Shown piece after piece: positions 9,141 to 19,874 of a DNA stretch of 64,000 nucleotides (position 1 is the first letter of the stretch; each line of letters starts with the position of its first letter). Both the position numbers and the translations under genes were made by a program. Origin of the DNA: Candidatus Moanibacter sp. (GTDB taxonomy: Bacteria; Verrucomicrobiota; Verrucomicrobiia; Opitutales; UBA2987); assembly GCA_965215885.1 (NCBI GenBank), contig CBDCEW010000102.1, positions 1 to 64,000 of the forward strand. Reading direction: 5' to 3'. The notes under the pieces were generated by a model, which was given only the letters and a program-made list of their open reading frames with translations, did not search any database and was not told the DNA's origin.

Positions 9141-10394
9141 ATGGAAAAAATCCCTCTATGTTTGATCGGTTGCGGTGGCATGGGCCACCGGCACATCTTC
9201 GGCTATAAGGAGCTCGATGAGAGCGGAATAGGAAACATCGAACTCGTCGCGGTGTGTGATTTGCGGGAAGAAAGCGCCAATTTGTGTGCCCGCGAAGTCG
9301 AGCGCCTCTTCGGTCGTAAGCCTCTCATATTCACGGATCCAGAGAAGGTTTATGCCCATCCTGATATCAGCGCCGTCGACGTTGTGACAGAGCCCGCCTA
9401 CCACCATTCCATCGCGGTTCCGGCGCTGCTGGCGGGAAAGCATGTCCAGGTCGAGAAACCTCTGGGACTGACCATACGATCCTGTAAAGCAATTATCGGT
9501 GCGGCTGAGAAGGGTCAACGCGTCCTCTCCACGGAGGAAAATTACCGGCGTGATCCGGTGAACCGGCTGGTGCGCGGTATCCTCGATGAAGGGCTTATCG
9601 GCGACCCCTATCTGATGGTTCAGAAGAACATTGGCAGAGGCGCCAACTATGCCATCACTCCCTGGAGGCACCTGAAGAATCAGGGAACAATCGCTTTCGA
9701 TGCAGGTGTTCATTTCACGGACCTTTTTCAGTATTTCCTTGGAGAGTACGATCAGATCTTCGGAACGGGAATGATTGTGGAGGCGACGCGCTTCCGGCCG
9801 GAGAAATTCGATCATGTATTGGAGTCTTATAGGGAACGGCACAAAACGCTTCCTGATTCCATAAGAGCGACCGGTGAGGATTCGGTTGTGGCACTCTACA
9901 GAATGAAGTCGGGTGCGATGGTTCAGTTTTCGATGGTCATCGCTGGGAGAGGGGAGAGCTCTTACGAGCGAACCATCCACGGTCGTTCAGGTTCTCTCAC
10001 GCTTCCAGGAGACCGAAACGGCGGTCAAGTAATTCTTCGAAAGGGTGGAAATGAGGTACGGGGACGTGAGATCCTCCCTTTGCTACCGGGATTTCGAATA
10101 AATGAGATTACGGAGAGACTTTTCGGAAGGGAATCCGTCGAGTACGAGCTTCCGTTTACGGCGATTGATGCGAAGATACTCGCCATTGAATTTCATGATT
10201 TCGGTGAAGCAATCCTCAACGGTCGTGCTCCGGAAGTCGGTGGTCACACCGGCATGACCGCTGCCGCCGGTGTCCTCGGCGCCTTTGAGTCCGCCGCCGT
10301 GAACCGATCCGTTGGGCTGGACGAGATTCTCTCCGGCGAAGTCAGATCCTATCAGGAGGAACTCGATTCGGAGCTGGGGCTGGGTAGTGGGTGA
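9141..10394 (+). CDS. Gfo/Idh/MocA family oxidoreductase
   Basis: IGCGGMG, GKHVQVEKP and DAGVH motifs. Confidence 0.9.
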   Translation: MEKIPLCLIGCGGMGHRHIFGYKELDESGIGNIELVAVCDLREESANLCAREVERLFGRKPLIFTDPEKVYAHPDISAVDVVTEPAYHHSIAVPALLAGKHVQVEKPLGLTIRSCKAIIGAAEKGQRVLSTEENYRRDPVNRLVRGILDEGLIGDPYLMVQKNIGRGANYAITPWRHLKNQGTIAFDAGVHFTDLFQYFLGEYDQIFGTGMIVEATRFRPEKFDHVLESYRERHKTLPDSIRATGEDSVVALYRMKSGAMVQFSMVIAGRGESSYERTIHGRSGSLTLPGDRNGGQVILRKGGNEVRGREILPLLPGFRINEITERLFGRESVEYELPFTAIDAKILAIEFHDFGEAILNGRAPEVGGHTGMTAAAGVLGAFESAAVNRSVGLDEILSGEVRSYQEELDSELGLGSG

Positions 10395-10515
10395 TTGCTT
10401 CGGAATCCTCACGAATTTTCTGACCTGAAACTTCACTGCGGTACGGCAGAGTTTGATCCGGCAGGCCATAGTACGCTGGGGGCGCGACTAACCAGGAGCT
10501 ACCTTTGCACATCGA

Positions 10516-11442
10516 TTAAGTTTTTCCCTTCCAGGCACCTTCAGGATCAGCGCGACTGAATGCGTCACGGATCCGTCTGACTGTATCGTCCGGAAGAGGA
10601 CCCTTCTCCACTGCAGCGAGGTTCGCTCTGGCATTATCCGGGTTTGTCGTTCCTATAATGGCCACATCGACGCCGGACTGACTGATGGTAAAGCGGAGGG
10701 CCAACTCGGGCCACGCCTCTTCCGGTGGGCCGGTCAGGCCGAGTTCCTCTGGATTTAGATTCATGATTTTCAGACGATCTGTGTAGGCGGCGGCGTAGCT
10801 GCCCATGTAACCGGGTTGGTCCGCAATATTCTTCCAAGCAGCATTTGCGATCGGTCGTTTGGCCAGCACCCCGATGCCTCTTTCACGCGTTTGAGGAAGG
10901 ACGAGATCGATGTTAACCTGATCGGCGAGATTGACGGACGTCTCGATCACGGAAACTCCTTCCAGCCCCGCGGCGTAAACAGCGGTCTCATTGTCTCCCG
11001 AGTAGCCGGCGAACCGGATCTTACCAGCCGCCTTTGCTTCGATGAGAGCACCGAACGCATCCCCCTCTTCCAGCACCGTCCTGTCGCAGGAGTGGAGAAG
11101 CATCACGTCAAGGCGATCGGTTGCCAGGCGGCGAAGCGCCTGGTCGACCGTGTATTCGATCACTTTTGCAGACCAGGCGGGTGCATCGACCCCGCTCTGC
11201 TCCTGGCCACACTTGGAGACAAGAACGTATTCATCCCGCCGGTGACCGACTGCCTTCGCAATTGCCTCTTCCGAGCCGGTATACGAAGCAGCTGTGTCGA
11301 TAAGATTGACCCCGGCGTCGAGGAGCAGGTTCAGAGTCGTAGCTACTCGTTTCTCTTCGGTGCCTAGATATGCGAAGGGAGCTCCACCGAATCCCAACGG
11401 CGAGACCATGAGTTCCGTTTTTCCAAAAGGCTTTCTTTCCAT
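10516..11442 (-). CDS. Aldo/keto reductase
   Basis: LGFGG, IDTAASY, LLH and IIGTTN motifs. Confidence 0.9.
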   Translation of the reverse strand: MERKPFGKTELMVSPLGFGGAPFAYLGTEEKRVATTLNLLLDAGVNLIDTAASYTGSEEAIAKAVGHRRDEYVLVSKCGQEQSGVDAPAWSAKVIEYTVDQALRRLATDRLDVMLLHSCDRTVLEEGDAFGALIEAKAAGKIRFAGYSGDNETAVYAAGLEGVSVIETSVNLADQVNIDLVLPQTRERGIGVLAKRPIANAAWKNIADQPGYMGSYAAAYTDRLKIMNLNPEELGLTGPPEEAWPELALRFTISQSGVDVAIIGTTNPDNARANLAAVEKGPLPDDTVRRIRDAFSRADPEGAWKGKT

Positions 11443-11566
11443 GGTTCGGAATTCTCCGCGAGAACGCGTTGATTGTCAATCGATGGCGCTGATACCGATA
11501 CGATTCATGAGCCTACCGAAATTTGCCGGAATGCAATCGATCTCGATCCTTGTGAGAAACGCTGGT

Positions 11567-12040
11567 TCAATTATCGAAACTATCCCAGGTTAATTCGATA
11601 AACCCGAACAGATTCAGTGTTCCCACAATGATGGCAGTAACCCCGCATATCAGAAAGATCGGGAGGCGAGCGGGTGCTCCAGTGAAAAGAACGGAATCCT
11701 TTGGATTCCTCGGATCGTAGTAAACCGGCACCTTTCTTCCCTTTGGGTATTTTGAGATGAACTTTTCGGCTGAGTTTCGAGAATTGAACTCACCCATACC
11801 AAATCTTACCCTCTTCGAACTGAATACCGTTTTTCCAACAGTATACTTATATGCGATATTCGGCACATATCCTACTAAATCGCCACTGTAACTCGAAGCA
11901 CTGGATAGGATAACTTCCCCCGTTACAGAGGGCCATGTCTCCGACTCGCGTCCTTTATGCTGTGTTTGGAACCCCCAGATCAACATTCCCGCTCCTAAAA
12001 CAAACAGCAGTATGCTGAAAGGATATATCCTATTCCTCAC
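11567..12040 (-). CDS. DUF3592 domain membrane protein
   Basis: W..V.GEV..S, Y.Y.VG and VPVYYDP.NP.DSVL; TM helices at both ends. Confidence 0.8.
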   Translation of the reverse strand: MRNRIYPFSILLFVLGAGMLIWGFQTQHKGRESETWPSVTGEVILSSASSYSGDLVGYVPNIAYKYTVGKTVFSSKRVRFGMGEFNSRNSAEKFISKYPKGRKVPVYYDPRNPKDSVLFTGAPARLPIFLICGVTAIIVGTLNLFGFIELTWDSFDN

Positions 12041-12092
12041 TGGAGTAGAAACACGATGACTGCCGCTTAGGATCTAAACTCGATGCAGACGA

Positions 12093-12977
12093 TCACTCCT
12101 GCTGCGGCCCCAATTGCGCGATAAAACTCGCGTCATTGGGCAAGAGTTCCACCACAGCCTTTGATTCGAGCAGTTGCTCGACTTCCATCACTTCAAGGAG
12201 CGCGGCGAGGATCTCGGGATCCTGTTTTTCGATCTGGTTCAGCGTCGATCCCACTACCTCCGGGCGTTTCGTCTGGGCTTTGGCCATCTCTTCGGAAACC
12301 TTCCTGGCGGTTTCACTGTGGATCAGGCCGACGCGATTCTCCCCGTCCTAGCGCATCGCGCTGGTGACCTGGACGAGACGCTTAACGACCTTTTCGGTGA
12401 TGTCATGGACCATCTGACTGTCCGTAAACGCGACTTTGCGAATATATACCGAACCGAGCTGATAACCCCACTTTTCGGAAAGCGGCGAGACATGCGAACG
12501 AACGGTCCGGCTGAGGCTATGCCGGTCTTCCAGAAGTTTCTCCATCTCCAGGTTGCTCAACGTTGTGACGGCGGCGGAAGCCACGTTGGCTTTCAGGGAT
12601 CCTTCCGGATCAGTGTTGGCGAAGAGGTAGGCTACCGGATCGTTTACCCGCATCTCGGACCAAATCCCCACACCCATGGGCGTGCCTTCCTCCGAATTCA
12701 CCATTTGGTTGCGCAGGTAGCTCTGGCGCAATGCCGTGCTCACTTCGAAGCGTTTGCCAAAAATTGGAACGATGAGTGCCCGAATGCCGAAGCGTCTTAT
12801 GGGGAAATACAGCCCGGCCTCTTCGATGGATCCAATCACTTTCCCGAAGAGCGTAAAGACAAGGGTCATGCATTCGGGAACGACGGCGTAAAGACCAAAA
12901 AAGCGAGCGAGTGCGAGAATGAAGGGGACGCTGAACAGCCCTGCGAGGACGGCTATGATGATAAGGAAAGGTTGCAT
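12093..12977 (-). pseudogene. SPFH/band-7 domain protein B with one in-frame TAG (12348-12350)
   Basis: ORFs 12348-12977 and 12093-12287 share a frame; sequence reads ...VTSAMR*DGENRVGLIHSETARKVSEEMAKAQ... Confidence 0.75.
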
Positions 12978-13948
12978 TATTTGCTGCGCTCGACCATGCG
13001 CTTGGTATGTTTCAAGAGAGGTACCCGCATATTGCGCAAATAGGTTGTGAGAGCCTTGCTCCCGCCCGATGCCTTGATCGCGGTGAGGGTTTCCCCCATT
13101 CGCAGGAGAGGTGCGATTTCCGCCTCCGCGTTATTTGTCGCTATCTCCACCGCCCGCTTGGACATCGTGATCTGTTGGTCCGCTTCCGCCCGCGCCGTGC
13201 TGATATCAGCAGCTACCTGGTTTCGCGTGCTGTTGATCGCGGCAAGCGCCCGGTCAACCTCCTCCGGCGGGTCCATCTTTGTAATGAGAGCCGCATCGAG
13301 TTCGATGCCATAGCGCGCCGCTGTCGTTGTGCACTGCTCTTCCATGTACTGGTTGAGCAAAGCGAGATTCTTCCGGAGATCGTTTATGGAGACGCCCTCC
13401 GTCAGCTCACTCGCTTCCGCCTCCATCTCGGTGTCTTCGAGGAGAGTATTTTTCGGATCGGAGAAATTAGCCACGCGCTCGCGCAGGATGGATACAAAAT
13501 ATCCCATGATGTGTTCGAGCGGGCTTTGCACGCCGAAAAGGTAGGCGTAGAGGTTGCGCTCACTGACGCGAAAGCGAATCTGACCATTGATGCCGGTTGT
13601 CAGGTTGTCCTTGGTAACCGCTTCGATCACTGTCTGCGGTTTTGTGGGATCCCAGGTAATGGGCACTGAATCGGTTGCAATGTTTACTTTGTGCACCCGT
13701 TGCCACGGCCATTTAAAATATGGACCGCCCGGTTTGATCACGCTCAGTTGCGGGTAATTGTAGCGTTCCAGTTCAACCTCCGACAGTTCGGGAACGGTTT
13801 CCGCCAGATCCCCGGATAGCCGTTGAGCTCGCCCGAAAGAAGCTATGACGGCCCTCTCATTCGGCTTTACCGTAAAAAAAGCGGTAGCTCCCACCCGTAC
13901 GACCAGGTAGACACCTAAGGCGACGAAAAATGCGGTTATCGGCAGCAT
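12977..13948 (-). CDS. SPFH/band-7 domain protein A
   Basis: N-terminal TM, PGGPYFKWPWQ, AVTKDNL, flotillin-like Ala/Glu coiled coil. Confidence 0.85.
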   Translation of the reverse strand: MLPITAFFVALGVYLVVRVGATAFFTVKPNERAVIASFGRAQRLSGDLAETVPELSEVELERYNYPQLSVIKPGGPYFKWPWQRVHKVNIATDSVPITWDPTKPQTVIEAVTKDNLTTGINGQIRFRVSERNLYAYLFGVQSPLEHIMGYFVSILRERVANFSDPKNTLLEDTEMEAEASELTEGVSINDLRKNLALLNQYMEEQCTTTAARYGIELDAALITKMDPPEEVDRALAAINSTRNQVAADISTARAEADQQITMSKRAVEIATNNAEAEIAPLLRMGETLTAIKASGGSKALTTYLRNMRVPLLKHTKRMVERSK

Positions 13949-14008
13949 GTTTTATTTGAGAGCTGGAAAAAAAGGTGGTAGAAATTGAGTCGCAACGCCA
14001 GCAAAAAA

Positions 14009-14215
14009 CTACAGATCGCCCGCTTCATCCATCTTACCCGTCCAGCCGTGAAGCAGAAGCACGGTGCCGGTCGGAGCGCTCTCACCCTCCTCGGGGGAAA
14101 CCACTTTACCTGCCACTCCCTCGGCAACGGTGACGTCGATCTCAGTGAATTGCGCCGTTGCAGGCGCACCGATTCCAGTCACTGTCAAGAGAAGCAAGAT
14201 GTACGAAGTACGCAT
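14009..14215 (-). pseudogene. N-terminal remnant of a secreted alpha/beta hydrolase
   Basis: Signal peptide plus VLLLHGWTG, then a stop with no continuation. Confidence 0.55.
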
Positions 14216-14509
14216 GATTCGATGATAACCGTTGATCCGGTTCGGGCAATGCCCGATTTAGGGGAGCAAAGGGACAGGCATTTTAGTCGCCGCATCTTGC
14301 GAATGATGTGGTGTAAGCTTTCCCTTCGCTTTTCGTTTGCCTCGGCGCCGAAAGGTATCAGAGTTTCTCCCTTGCGGCAGGAGCAGTACTAAGTTTGGCC
14401 CTTCCAAATTGGGTTGTACTTGCGTTCCGATGTGCGGGCTGATGGCGAGCTCGAAGAGCATTCGCTCATTAGTGCCGATTTGAAACTTAAAGAATACAAA
14501 ATTGCTACT

Positions 14510-15307
14510 ATGAATTCACTCTATTCAGTCATTATCTACGTTGCGGCCGGATTTTCCCTTATCGGCTGCGGGTCGAAGGAAACGGTAACGAAGGAACTTC
14601 CGAATCAGGCCGAAGTTGAGGAAGAGGCGAAATCGCCTCCGACCGCTGATATCGGGGACGGTGTAGTAGTCTCGACGGTCGATGTGAGAAAGGAACTGCC
14701 TGATCTTCCTGATTCCGGTGAAATTCGGGAGGCGGTTAATCTTCCGGCGGTTGTGGAAGAGTTCGAGGATTCGATCGAAGACGCCGTGCCGGCCGAACCT
14801 TCTAAGCTGATGCCGGATAAGAGTGTTTCTAAGTCGATTTCCGAGCGTCTGTCTCTCGGTTCAAATGAAACGGTGAGTAAACTGATGAGTAGTTTCAAGG
14901 GTGGCGATTCCTCGCTTCGGTCCGGCCTGGACCAGGCACTCAAGGCGTTTGGAAGCGGGAGTGATCGGAATGCACTCAGTTATTTGGCCAAGCTTCGTTC
15001 TGCTTCCCTCACCCCGGAACAAAAGGAATTGGCTGCCGAGATTCGCGATGTTATGGCCACAGCAATTGTGGAACGGAATTTTGAAGTGGGTGGAGATGGC
15101 ACAATCGCAAGTGTCGTCAAATCGATCGAGAATCGGGATGCCGCCGGGACTGTGAAAACCCTCCGCAATCTCGCCGGAGAAGCAGGGCTAACCCCGGGGC
15201 AGAAGGAGCTTCTTCAGACTCTCATTGCCGATTATGCTCCCGATATTTCCGCTGCTGCTGATTCCGTGAAGAAAAATCTGAATAGCGTCAATCCGTTTGG
15301 AAATTGA
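14510..15307 (+). CDS. Putative lipoprotein
   Basis: Lipobox-like LIGC after a hydrophobic segment. Confidence 0.7.
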   Translation: MNSLYSVIIYVAAGFSLIGCGSKETVTKELPNQAEVEEEAKSPPTADIGDGVVVSTVDVRKELPDLPDSGEIREAVNLPAVVEEFEDSIEDAVPAEPSKLMPDKSVSKSISERLSLGSNETVSKLMSSFKGGDSSLRSGLDQALKAFGSGSDRNALSYLAKLRSASLTPEQKELAAEIRDVMATAIVERNFEVGGDGTIASVVKSIENRDAAGTVKTLRNLAGEAGLTPGQKELLQTLIADYAPDISAAADSVKKNLNSVNPFGN

Positions 15308-15316
15308 AGAGTAAGA

Positions 15317-16291
15317 ATGCATCACGAATTTAGCCCGACCCATTACCAAACTACAATCGGTCCGCACGAGCCCGTCCTCAGGATCAAGAGCGGCGATAGC
15401 GTCTCAACGACCACCGTGGACGCAGGCGGCAGGGATAGGGAGGGCAACCAGGTAACGGAAGGAGGCAACCCGCAGACAGGGCCGTTCTACGTCGAGGGGG
15501 CGAAACCTGGGGACACGCTCGTTGTACGATGGGATCGCCTGATGCCGAACCGCGAATACGGCTACACGTCCGATCGGATCGCTGGTAACGTCTTGGACCC
15601 TGGCTATCTCCCGAAGTTCGAATCCGATGTCGGCCGGTTCATATGGAAAATTGATTTTGAGAATAGCGTCGCGAGTCCGGCCGAGGTCACGTCGCACCAA
15701 AGTGCGACACGACTCGGCGAAGGCGAGCCGGTCGAAGGGCTGCTCTCCAACCTGAAGCTCCCGCTCAATCCGCATTCAGGCTGCTTCGGCGTGGCGCCAC
15801 CGCGAGGTCAGGCAATCTCCACGGCGACTTCGTCAACACATGGGGGCAATATGGATTACAATGGTTTCATCCAGGGAGTGACGATGTTCCTTCCGATATT
15901 TGTGGAAGGAGCCCTCTTTCATTTGGGAGATGGCCACGCCCTCCAGGGAGACGGTGAAATTGTCGGGACCGGAATCGAAATCTCGTTCGACGTGACTTTC
16001 ACCGTCGAGGTTCTATCCGGCAAGACCATCCAATGGCCACGGGCCGAAAGCGACATTCATATTATGGCAGCCGGAAACGCCCGGCCGCTCGACCAGTGCG
16101 TCGAGCATGCCTCAACCGAGATGATCCGGATGCTGGAACGGGACTGGGGCCTCACGACCCGCGAAGCTCATGTCCTGATGGGCGAAGCCGTTGAGTACGA
16201 CATGGGTAACATGTTCGACCCGGCCTACACCATGATCTGTAAAATGTCCAAGTCCGTCCTCGAGCAAATGGGCGCCAGCCGTCGATCCTGA
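15317..16291 (+). CDS. Acetamidase/formamidase family protein
   Basis: NPQTGPFYVEGA.PGD, HGGNMD and GDGHALQGDGE motifs. Confidence 0.9.
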   Translation: MHHEFSPTHYQTTIGPHEPVLRIKSGDSVSTTTVDAGGRDREGNQVTEGGNPQTGPFYVEGAKPGDTLVVRWDRLMPNREYGYTSDRIAGNVLDPGYLPKFESDVGRFIWKIDFENSVASPAEVTSHQSATRLGEGEPVEGLLSNLKLPLNPHSGCFGVAPPRGQAISTATSSTHGGNMDYNGFIQGVTMFLPIFVEGALFHLGDGHALQGDGEIVGTGIEISFDVTFTVEVLSGKTIQWPRAESDIHIMAAGNARPLDQCVEHASTEMIRMLERDWGLTTREAHVLMGEAVEYDMGNMFDPAYTMICKMSKSVLEQMGASRRS

Positions 16292-16329
16292 ATCTCACTC
16301 GGAACTCCGTGGCCGTCGCCTCTCTGTGG

Positions 16330-16965
16330 CTAGCGAATATCCGCCGCCTCTTCCTGCTCTTTTCTCAACGCCTCGAGTTCCGATTCAAGTTCCCGGATTC
16401 TTTCCTCGGTTTCAATTCGCCGCGCTTCTGCTTCGCCGATGGCATTTTCCCTCGCCTCCGCTTTTGCAACTCGTGCCTGGAGTTCCTTGAGGCGTCTTTC
16501 CGATTCATCGGCCCGCCTCTGAGCCTCCCGAACTTCCGAATTGGTGGTGGAATAGCCCTCGATAATCACGAGATCTTCATTCCCCTCTGATTCCAGGTAC
16601 TCCCCATTGCGAATCGTGATGATCTCCTGCTGGTGTGCCCGTTCCTGGGCCATCCGTGTTTGTTGTCTCTCTTCCTCGCGCACCCGTCTGTCCCGGGTGT
16701 GCCCCATGACACCACCGATGACAATACCACTGGCGGCTCCTATGGCTGCGCCCTTCCCCGCGTCTCCCGCGGCTACGCCGATCAGGGCCCCCAGAGCGGC
16801 GCCTCCCAAGCCTCCATTCACCACACCTTTGGCTCCATTGCTCCAACCGCTTCGGTTATTTTCCGTTGCGCCATAGGCGCTAACCGCAATAATGAGAAGC
16901 GGAACGAGTGTGGAAACGGCGAGGGATTGACCTCTGAATAAATAAAATGACTTTTGCTCTTTCAT
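16330..16965 (-). CDS. Glycine-zipper protein with C-terminal coiled coil
   Basis: GGAALGALIG...GAAIGAASG repeats. Confidence 0.75.
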   Translation of the reverse strand: MKEQKSFYLFRGQSLAVSTLVPLLIIAVSAYGATENNRSGWSNGAKGVVNGGLGGAALGALIGVAAGDAGKGAAIGAASGIVIGGVMGHTRDRRVREEERQQTRMAQERAHQQEIITIRNGEYLESEGNEDLVIIEGYSTTNSEVREAQRRADESERRLKELQARVAKAEARENAIGEAEARRIETEERIRELESELEALRKEQEEAADIR

Positions 16966-17159
16966 CGATTTTCTGCGCTGACGATTATCAATATCTACAT
17001 TTTTTTAAACCCCGGCTTTCATAAATAGACGCAAAAACATCCATTTTATTCCAAAATAGCGGCTTCCCTACCATCCTTTGCCTTGCGAATTCGGCGCAAT
17101 CAAGGAAAGGACACAGTCCGTTTTGACAATGAAGTGGGTTGCCAATCGTTTTCGCGCAT

Positions 17160-17441
17160 TTAATCTTCGTGGCCGAAAGGAACACGTCTAAGTAAACCCC
17201 ACTTTCCGTCCCCTTTTTCCGAAGCGCGAGCACCTATCTCCAGGAGAAGGCGTTTTGTGGTGTCCTCATCTGCACCCACTACGGTAGAAAGTTTATTAAG
17301 CGTACGCCACTTTTGATCTGGATGTCGTAGCATCCTTCTTAATATCTCTTTCCGTTTTCGATCAGCCACCTTGGAGCGGCAAAGGCTTTGCTGAGGAGGC
17401 CGTGAGCGATGGGTCTCGGGAAGAATCCCAGCATGATTCAC
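17160..17441 (-). CDS. Small hypothetical protein (start uncertain)
   Basis: Protein-like C-terminus KWRTL..LS.VVGAD..TTKRLLLEIGARASE; directly downstream of the oxidoreductase. Confidence 0.45.
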   Translation of the reverse strand: MNHAGILPETHRSRPPQQSLCRSKVADRKRKEILRRMLRHPDQKWRTLNKLSTVVGADEDTTKRLLLEIGARASEKGDGKWGLLRRVPFGHED

Positions 17442-17444
17442 CCA

Positions 17445-18518
17445 TCACAACATTACCACTTCGCCCTTCCGAACTGACTCGTCCGCGGCAAGCACAATGC
17501 GAAGGCTATTGACGGCATCTTGCATGTGGCTGGAGAGATCGGTATCGTTGTGGATGACGTCGCGAAAGAAGGCTTGTTCGCGCTCGCAGAGTTCGTCGTG
17601 ACCGGGTTCGTCTTCCATGTCGAACCACTCATCCGGATGGAGAGAATTGCCTTCCCCGTCGAGTTCGGAGCGATGGTACCGGATGGAGCTCGTCTTGGTA
17701 TGAGTATCCATATCCGCGCTCACTCCATCCGGCGTTCTAGGGTTGAGGCTGATGCTGACACAACCCTTTGGGCCCATGATGTCCTTGATGAAGAACGCCT
17801 CCTCGCTGATCATGGGCCCCCAACCGGCTTCGTACCAACCAATGGAACCGTCATCGAAGCTGATGTTGAAATGTCCGAAGTTGTACATGGCCGCCGCGAT
17901 TTCATCCGAGAGCCGGGCGCCCACTCCGTGGACCCGAACCGGCTTGGCGCCTGTAATCAGGCACATGATGTCGACGTAATGTACGCCACAGTCGACGATC
18001 GGCGAGAGCGTCTGCATGAGGTTTTTATGCCACGTCCATGCCTCTCCCGTGCTCTGCTGGTTGAGGTTCATCCGCATCACCAGCGGTTTACCCAGCGTGC
18101 GTGCGAGGTCGACCAGTTTTATCCACGAAGGATGATGCCGCAGAATGTAGCCGACAACAAGCTTGCGACCGGTGGCGTTCGCCTTTTCCACCACGCGCTC
18201 GGCATCCTCGACCGTCTCCGCCAGGGGCTTCTCCACGAACACATCCGCTCCCGCCTCGAAGGCTTTGATCGAATAGTTCGCGTGCGTGTCCGAAAAGGTG
18301 TTGATCGACACTGCGTCGGGCTTCAACGTCGCTAACGCCTCTTCGTATTTTTCGAAGCGCGGTGCATCTTTCACCTCATCGGGAAGCGCTCCGACACCTT
18401 TCCACGAACGTTTGCAAAGTCCCACAATCTCGAAGCCGTCGAGATTCATGTAGGCCTTCATGTGCGACAGCCCCATATGCCCGATTCCCACTACTAGTAT
18501 ACGAATCGCTTCGTTCAT
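17445..18518 (-). CDS. Gfo/Idh/MocA family oxidoreductase
   Basis: VGIGHMG, VFVEKPLA and DCGVHY motifs. Confidence 0.9.
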   Translation of the reverse strand: MNEAIRILVVGIGHMGLSHMKAYMNLDGFEIVGLCKRSWKGVGALPDEVKDAPRFEKYEEALATLKPDAVSINTFSDTHANYSIKAFEAGADVFVEKPLAETVEDAERVVEKANATGRKLVVGYILRHHPSWIKLVDLARTLGKPLVMRMNLNQQSTGEAWTWHKNLMQTLSPIVDCGVHYVDIMCLITGAKPVRVHGVGARLSDEIAAAMYNFGHFNISFDDGSIGWYEAGWGPMISEEAFFIKDIMGPKGCVSISLNPRTPDGVSADMDTHTKTSSIRYHRSELDGEGNSLHPDEWFDMEDEPGHDELCEREQAFFRDVIHNDTDLSSHMQDAVNSLRIVLAADESVRKGEVVML

Positions 18519-18543
18519 AATTCTTCTTCCTCAGATTAAGGCG

Positions 18544-18597
18544 GAATAATTAGACAGGCTATTTATTAAGGGCCAGAATAATCAGACAGGTTGTTTA
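18544..18597. promoter_or_regulatory. Two tandem copies of a pseudo-palindromic motif (putative operator)
   Basis: GAATAATTAGACAGGCTATTTA (18544) and CAGAATAATCAGACAGGTTGTTTA (18574); the second is repeated exactly at 22537. Confidence 0.45.
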
Positions 18598-18704
18598 GTG
18601 TTGGTTTGCGAATCCGCATATTTATGTGATCAAAGGGACGATTTTGTTTGTTCGGGTGGAAATCTATTGCTCGTAGGAGCGGGAGGGCCCACTGTGTATG
18701 GGCC

Positions 18705-19637
18705 ATGAAGTATCGCACACTTGGAAAGACAGGCTGGGAAGTAAGCTCAGTTTCGATGGGTTGCTGGGGAATCGGCGGCCAATGGGGAGTGGTCGACGAA
18801 CGGCAGGCGATCGATACAATTCATGCGGCTCGCGAGGCCGGAGTGAATCTCTTCGATACGGCGGATGCGTATGGGATGGGCCGCAGCGAAGAGTTGGTGG
18901 GCAAGGCGTTTAGCAGTGGGAAGCCGGACGATGTCATAATTGCCACTAAGGTGGGACACTGGGGACGACGATACGGCGGTCCGCTGGGGCTCGATTCGAT
19001 CTACAGCACCATCAACTGCTGTCATGCCAGTCTCTACCGCCTTGGAATTGAGCCGATCGACCTCTACCAATGTCACATCGGAATTCCCGAGAATCCGGAG
19101 GTATTCGTGGAGGCGTTCGAATTGCTAAAAGAGCAGGGAAAGATTCGCCAGTACGCTATCTCGGCGAACGATCTCGCTTCCCTTGAGGCGATCAATGTGA
19201 ACGGACAGTGCGCAAGCTGCCAGATAGCCTATTCCATTATCTCACGTTCCGCGGAAAGGGACATTCTTCCCTATTGTCTGGAGAATAACATCGGCGTGCT
19301 TCTTCGGGGTCCTTTAGGGAAGGGGGTCCTGTCGGGGAAATTCGGCGCCGAGACCCGGTTTGAAGACAGGGTCCGGGAAAAATGGAATGAAGGCGCGGGC
19401 CGCCGGAGTTTCCTATCCGAGCTCGAAGATGTCGAACGCCTGAGAAGCCTTGTGACCGAGGACCGAAGCCTCGTCGATATCGCTCTCCAATTTACCCTCG
19501 CCCATCCCGCCGTCACCTGTCCCATACCGGGTATGAAGACACCCGAACAGGCCAGGGAGAACGCCGCCGCCGCCGATGGGGCGTTGAGTGACAAGGATCT
19601 CGCCTTTATTGAGACCCTGGGATCTGGGAGTGAGTGA
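18705..19637 (+). CDS. Aldo/keto reductase
   Basis: MKYRTLGKTG, FDTADAYG, IATK and IDLYQCH motifs. Confidence 0.9.
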   Translation: MKYRTLGKTGWEVSSVSMGCWGIGGQWGVVDERQAIDTIHAAREAGVNLFDTADAYGMGRSEELVGKAFSSGKPDDVIIATKVGHWGRRYGGPLGLDSIYSTINCCHASLYRLGIEPIDLYQCHIGIPENPEVFVEAFELLKEQGKIRQYAISANDLASLEAINVNGQCASCQIAYSIISRSAERDILPYCLENNIGVLLRGPLGKGVLSGKFGAETRFEDRVREKWNEGAGRRSFLSELEDVERLRSLVTEDRSLVDIALQFTLAHPAVTCPIPGMKTPEQARENAAAADGALSDKDLAFIETLGSGSE

Positions 19638-19874
19638 GGGGGGACGGAGAAACGGTTTTCGGTTTTGGGTTGTCGGTTGTGGGGGAGGAGGGAAGTGACG
19701 AGTGATCAGTGTTCAGCAAACAGTGATCAGACACGGACCAGCGAAGAGGAGACCCTGCCGTAGGGTGGGGTGTATTCAGAATGGATTGCAGGCGTTGTTC
19801 GGATAAGAAATACTCGAACGCCCAACGTCCAAGTGGGGAAGTTGGGCGGAAGATTGGTGTTCGGTGGTGGGAAG

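Noticed and set aside
12348..12350. Pyrrolysine or TAG recoding
   Set aside because: Many intact genes here (purA, ptsH, folC, helicase) end normally at TAG, and no pyl genes are visible
19655..19730. Short 7-mer-like repeats (TCGGTTG, AGTGATC)
   Set aside because: Few, degenerate units; common low-complexity intergenic filler
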